Assembly (NCBI GenBank): GCA_965234725.1
Contig: CBDDUX010000035.1
Coordinates: forward strand, 2,357 to 54,787
DNA from: Thermoplasmatota archaeon
GTDB lineage: Archaea > Thermoplasmatota > Penumbrarchaeia > Penumbrarchaeales > Penumbrarchaeaceae
Length of the DNA: 52,431 nt
Reading direction: 5' to 3'
How positions within the stretch are numbered: the first letter of the stretch is position 1; each line of letters begins with the position of its first letter. The position numbers and the translations under genes are program-made. Positions 48,656-52,431 of the stretch are shown piece after piece. The notes beneath the pieces were generated by a model that saw only the letters and a program-made list of their open reading frames with translations, had not been told where the DNA came from and did no database searches.

Positions 48656-49417
48656 ATGAAAAAGAAAATGATACTCATGGCATCTCTCCTGGGCTTTGTG
48701 ATGATCGCATCAGCGGTTTCAGCCCTCAATCCCCTGGAGGGGAATGATTGGAATAAGGACCCGGACAGGGATGGCCTGAACAACAGAGATGAATTCACAG
48801 CAGGAACGGATCCCAACCAGTGGGATTCCGATGGGGACGGCCTTCCCGATGGATGGGAAGTGGACAATTCCCTGAACCCTACCGATCCCTTTGATGCGGA
48901 AGATGACAATGACTACTTCAGTGGCGAGGAGTTCGCTACGGGAAGTCAGGTAGACGTTCCATATACCAACTTCGATGAGTTCTACAGATTAGCTTATATC
49001 GATCCGGAGACAGGTGAGAACGTTTACGTCCCAACGGACCCCAACAATCCGGATACGGACGGGGACGGAATATACGACCCCGATGACTCATATCCATGGA
49101 CCTATGACCCCAACGATCCAAACAACGGTCATGGAAACCCCGTACCACCCGCCCCGAATCCGGGCCCACCCATGCCCCCAGATAATAAGGATTCGGACAA
49201 GGACGGAATCCTGGACAAGGATGAATTCGTGATCGGCACCGATCCATACAACCCCGACACCGATGGTGATGGTCTATCCGATCCCATGGAGCTCTCCCTT
49301 GGCCTCGATCCCAACGACTGGGATACGGATAATGATCTGCTGGTCGACGGAGTGGAGGAAGGTTCCGGAAACTCCACCGATGGTCATGTGGAAGATACTG
49401 ATAACGATGGTATCTGA
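48656..49417 (+). CDS. Secreted acidic protein with thrombospondin type-3-like (DxDxDG) calcium-binding repeats
   Basis: Signal peptide MKKKMILMASLLG...AVSA, then DPDRDGL, DSDGDGLPDGWE, DTDGDGI, DSDKDGI and DTDGDGLSD repeats. No C-terminal anchor. GGAGG RBS. Confidence 0.85.
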   Translation: MKKKMILMASLLGFVMIASAVSALNPLEGNDWNKDPDRDGLNNRDEFTAGTDPNQWDSDGDGLPDGWEVDNSLNPTDPFDAEDDNDYFSGEEFATGSQVDVPYTNFDEFYRLAYIDPETGENVYVPTDPNNPDTDGDGIYDPDDSYPWTYDPNDPNNGHGNPVPPAPNPGPPMPPDNKDSDKDGILDKDEFVIGTDPYNPDTDGDGLSDPMELSLGLDPNDWDTDNDLLVDGVEEGSGNSTDGHVEDTDNDGI

Positions 49418-49433
49418 GATCAGAACAGGAACC

Positions 49434-49475
49434 GGGCCCTCTGAGGGGGAGGGCCCTAATTTTATTTTTTCTCAA
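49434..49475 (+). terminator. Hairpin plus T-tract terminator
   Basis: GGGCCCTC...GAGGGCCC stem (49434-49456) followed by TAATTTTATTTTTTCTC, between convergent genes. Confidence 0.6.
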
Positions 49476-50643
49476 ATAATTCCAAAATTATCATTTCGGA
49501 TGTCGTACCGATCCTCATAGGTGGGCCCCAGGTCCCGGTCCCCTGGCATACGTAAAGAAATGAATCCTTCCATCTGTGCAGACCCCTGTCCCCTTCCCTG
49601 AACATTGCTTTTGTTCCGAGACCAAATGGCCAGACCTGGCCTGCATGGGTATGTCCTGACAATTGCAGGTCCACCCCCATCTCGGCTGCCTTGTGGAATA
49701 GAACCGGCTGGTGATTCACAAGAATTGTTGTTTCCTCTTCCCTAATATCCTCTAGTAGCCGGGAATGGACCTGTTTGTAATGATCACCGTCCTTGAATGC
49801 GGATGGGTCATGTATGCCTATCATCCGAATACCTGTCACTGGGTCCTTTACAGACCTGTTGTCCAGTATTTTAACTCCAAATGACCCCAACCACCCCATT
49901 GAATCACCCATCCCGTTATAGAATTCGTGATTGCCAGTGACAGCATATACCGGGGCGGAAGATACCAATTCCCTGACGAAGGAGCCGAACCTTCCAAGGT
50001 GTCTTGGATTGGTATCTATGAAATCACCTGCGATCACTATGATATCGGGTCTCTCTTCCTTCAATGTCCGCATTATTGCGTTGAGCCTTGTCTTTCCAAC
50101 AAGGAGACCAAGGTGAAGGTCCGATATCAGAGCGACCTTGACCTCACCATGGCGATGAAGTACCGGAAGCCTTTCCTTCCTCCTTCTGAGATACCTGGCG
50201 TTCACAGCACCGTACAACACAAGGGATATCAGCAGCAGGATCGGGAGCATTCTTATGACAGTAGCCGCACCAAGATCATGGAAGGGGATCCCAGTCAATA
50301 AAAGAGCAAGGAGGAATATCCCAATTACCATCGATATCAGAAACGAATAGAAGAACACGGCAAGTCCGAAAGAGGAGAGAAGATAGAGCGGGAACATCGG
50401 TCTGCTGTGGTTCATATGGGTAATGAATTGGGTGAGGATCAATATCATTGCGAAGAGGACCGAACCAATGATGAACTGCCATTCGATGGTTGAATCGGCA
50501 GTATAGAGTACCGACATCACCACTCCGATACCAGCACATATTGTTGAGACGAAAAGAGATATGAAAATGAAAAATCCCAGCATCTCCCTCCATCCTCTTG
50601 ATGGAGCCTTCTCCTCATTGCCCTCGCTGCTAATAACGATCAC
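49462..50643 (-). CDS. Membrane-anchored metallophosphoesterase (YkuE-like calcineurin family)
   Basis: N-terminal TMs, then SDLHLG, GDFID, GNHE, NHQP, SGHTHAGQ and GTGTWGPPMR. Confidence 0.92.
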   Translation of the reverse strand: MIVISSEGNEEKAPSRGWREMLGFFIFISLFVSTICAGIGVVMSVLYTADSTIEWQFIIGSVLFAMILILTQFITHMNHSRPMFPLYLLSSFGLAVFFYSFLISMVIGIFLLALLLTGIPFHDLGAATVIRMLPILLLISLVLYGAVNARYLRRRKERLPVLHRHGEVKVALISDLHLGLLVGKTRLNAIMRTLKEERPDIIVIAGDFIDTNPRHLGRFGSFVRELVSSAPVYAVTGNHEFYNGMGDSMGWLGSFGVKILDNRSVKDPVTGIRMIGIHDPSAFKDGDHYKQVHSRLLEDIREEETTILVNHQPVLFHKAAEMGVDLQLSGHTHAGQVWPFGLGTKAMFREGDRGLHRWKDSFLYVCQGTGTWGPPMRIGTTSEMIILELFEKK

Positions 50644-52355
50644 TCCGGATATTCCATCTCGTACAACCAGACAAGTTCATAACCACCATGCTTGTAAACG
50701 AATATCTCATTTTGTTCCCTTGCAAGATCCGTGAAATCCGGTTCTATATCCCTGTTGGTATCCGCTCTATAAAGAAGAATATATTCGACATTATTCTCAT
50801 TGGCCTCTGACATGTTCGTGATCGGGCCGGTCACATCATCCCAGTAGTAAGATGCAAGTTTCTCCCACCGCACGGATACGGTTCCCGTAAGATGATGATC
50901 GTCCATCCAATCGAATGTCTCACTGAATCCCTGACCGTCAAGGTCCTTCATCCCGCTATCATCTCCCAGAAAATAGGTGACCTCTCGGTAATATGGACTA
51001 GCAAGGGATAATGCAGGGATCATCAGGCCGATGCAGATCAAGGTCGCTGCCGTCCCTCTGATATCGATCTTCAGGAAATGAAGGGACCGATTCAGATAAT
51101 ATGCGACGAGACAGATGAGAGGAAGCAGGATCCACTGGACATATCTGATGCCCTTGAATGGCAGGAGGGACATGATGATGAAGCCGATGACCACCCAACA
51201 GAACAGCATCCATTTCAAAGGATCCTCCCTCATATGAGAGCCGATCCTGTCCATGAGCAGATCCTTTCTCTTCTTCCATCCCTCAGCCTTTACAACTGTG
51301 GTATTGTTTCTCCATGGAAGTTCCAGAAATCCCCATATTACTGCGATCCCGCCTCCAATGGATATCAGCGGGGCGACACGCCCGATGAACACTATCTTGT
51401 AGAACCAGATCGGGGGATAGGTATAGGTCCTTCCAAGGAAATAGGTGGAATGACCGGTTGCGGATTCCCAGATCCAGTGCCCTATCCCCAATGCAAGCCA
51501 GTATGGATTCAGATAATACCATGATAGTATCAAGAATGTCACAATCATTATGAAAAGGAATGCCGGACCCTTTCTCCATATCCAGCTCTTGTTGGTCAGG
51601 ATGACAACCGGAAGGACGGCAATGGCATAGATGACGAATGTGTATTTTGATGCAAGTGCCAGTCCTGAAAGGAATGCAGCCGTCATTGCATATCCATCCA
51701 GATTCCCAGGATGTATGGCCTTTTTAATGGAAGCAAGATCGAGGTTCGATCGGATCCGACCATCGTTACTTCTTCTTCCCGGGTCCCGTTCCGCTTCGAG
51801 TGACACCGAAAGGAAGAGCAGGGATAACAGGGAAAGGAAATTGACAAGAGTGTCCTCCTTGGCAACAAGTGAGTACCCGATCAGCATTGGTGAGAGTGCC
51901 CCGATCGCAGCTGCTGCCTGTCCGATCCAGGGGTCCTTGCCCAGTCTCATCCCCACAAGAAAAAGAGCCAAAGGGATCAGTGAACCGATGATAACATTGG
52001 GCAGCTTGATCGTCTGGTCACTGTTCCCAAAGATAGAGGTCGAAAGGAGGATCAAATATTTTTCAAGCGGAGGATGTTCAAGGTCCACCCAGAACCTGCC
52101 TTCTCTGAACTCTTCTACCGCAAGAACCTTCTCGGCCTCATCCGTCCCGATAGTAGAATCTGGAAGTGAAGAGAACCTAAGAAAGGCCCCTGCAAATAGG
52201 ATCACCAGTAGAATGGAGATGTGGATGGGGCCTGCTTCTTTTAAAGGACCCAGGATGCTTGTGAAGGATCCTCTCTCCTTTTCTGGTTCCATGCCGGGTC
52301 GAGGTCCGGGTCTTTTTCGGGAGGGACCGTTCCGACCGGCTTTTCTCTCATTCAT
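50640..52355 (-). CDS. GT-C fold glycosyltransferase (ArnT/PMT, family 39-like)
   Basis: LRF.......DE, EHPPL, GLALASKY in a multi-TM protein, plus K.IRY. Stop overlaps the start of the phosphoesterase gene. Confidence 0.88.
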   Translation of the reverse strand: MNERKAGRNGPSRKRPGPRPGMEPEKERGSFTSILGPLKEAGPIHISILLVILFAGAFLRFSSLPDSTIGTDEAEKVLAVEEFREGRFWVDLEHPPLEKYLILLSTSIFGNSDQTIKLPNVIIGSLIPLALFLVGMRLGKDPWIGQAAAAIGALSPMLIGYSLVAKEDTLVNFLSLLSLLFLSVSLEAERDPGRRSNDGRIRSNLDLASIKKAIHPGNLDGYAMTAAFLSGLALASKYTFVIYAIAVLPVVILTNKSWIWRKGPAFLFIMIVTFLILSWYYLNPYWLALGIGHWIWESATGHSTYFLGRTYTYPPIWFYKIVFIGRVAPLISIGGGIAVIWGFLELPWRNNTTVVKAEGWKKRKDLLMDRIGSHMREDPLKWMLFCWVVIGFIIMSLLPFKGIRYVQWILLPLICLVAYYLNRSLHFLKIDIRGTAATLICIGLMIPALSLASPYYREVTYFLGDDSGMKDLDGQGFSETFDWMDDHHLTGTVSVRWEKLASYYWDDVTGPITNMSEANENNVEYILLYRADTNRDIEPDFTDLAREQNEIFVYKHGGYELVWLYEMEYPE

Positions 52356-52431
52356 CCCTTACCGAAATCCTATCGGATTGATAGAAGTTGTCATTCGATC
52401 GGGAGGGTCACTGCTGGTCCTCACTTATTAC

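Overview
This is an archaeal chromosomal segment: it carries rpoN/Rpo10, rps17e, dys, tiaS and an archaellum operon, and genes use GGAGG/GAGGTGA ribosome-binding sites. A Thermoplasmatota-like uncultured lineage is inferred from gene content, not proven. Housekeeping and metabolic genes: dys-tiaS, rpoN-tRNA-Pro(GGG), a beta-CASP nuclease, rps17e, mtnA, an aspA-like lyase, an AK6-type kinase, a CDP-alcohol phosphatidyltransferase and a CTP-dependent polyprenol kinase. The window also holds a compact arlB-CDE-F-G-H-I-J cluster and six very large membrane-anchored surface proteins. Most unusual items: (1) a 55-60 bp structured direct repeat at the left edge, with spacers made of back-to-back mini-hairpins; (2) a tightly coupled cysteine hydrolase / CxxC-less TrxB-like / RlmN-like radical SAM operon in which the radical SAM enzyme lacks the resolving cysteine; (3) a 1000-aa protein that appears to be four DUF3068-like domains nested inside one another; (4) an OFA-type MFS transporter with a ~130-aa extracellular insert; (5) a catalytically dead C39-like surface protein; (6) a bacterial-type PlsC acyltransferase. 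All calls come from reading motifs by eye; no database searches were run. Several starts were moved from the ORF track to the codon that follows an RBS or matches the family start.
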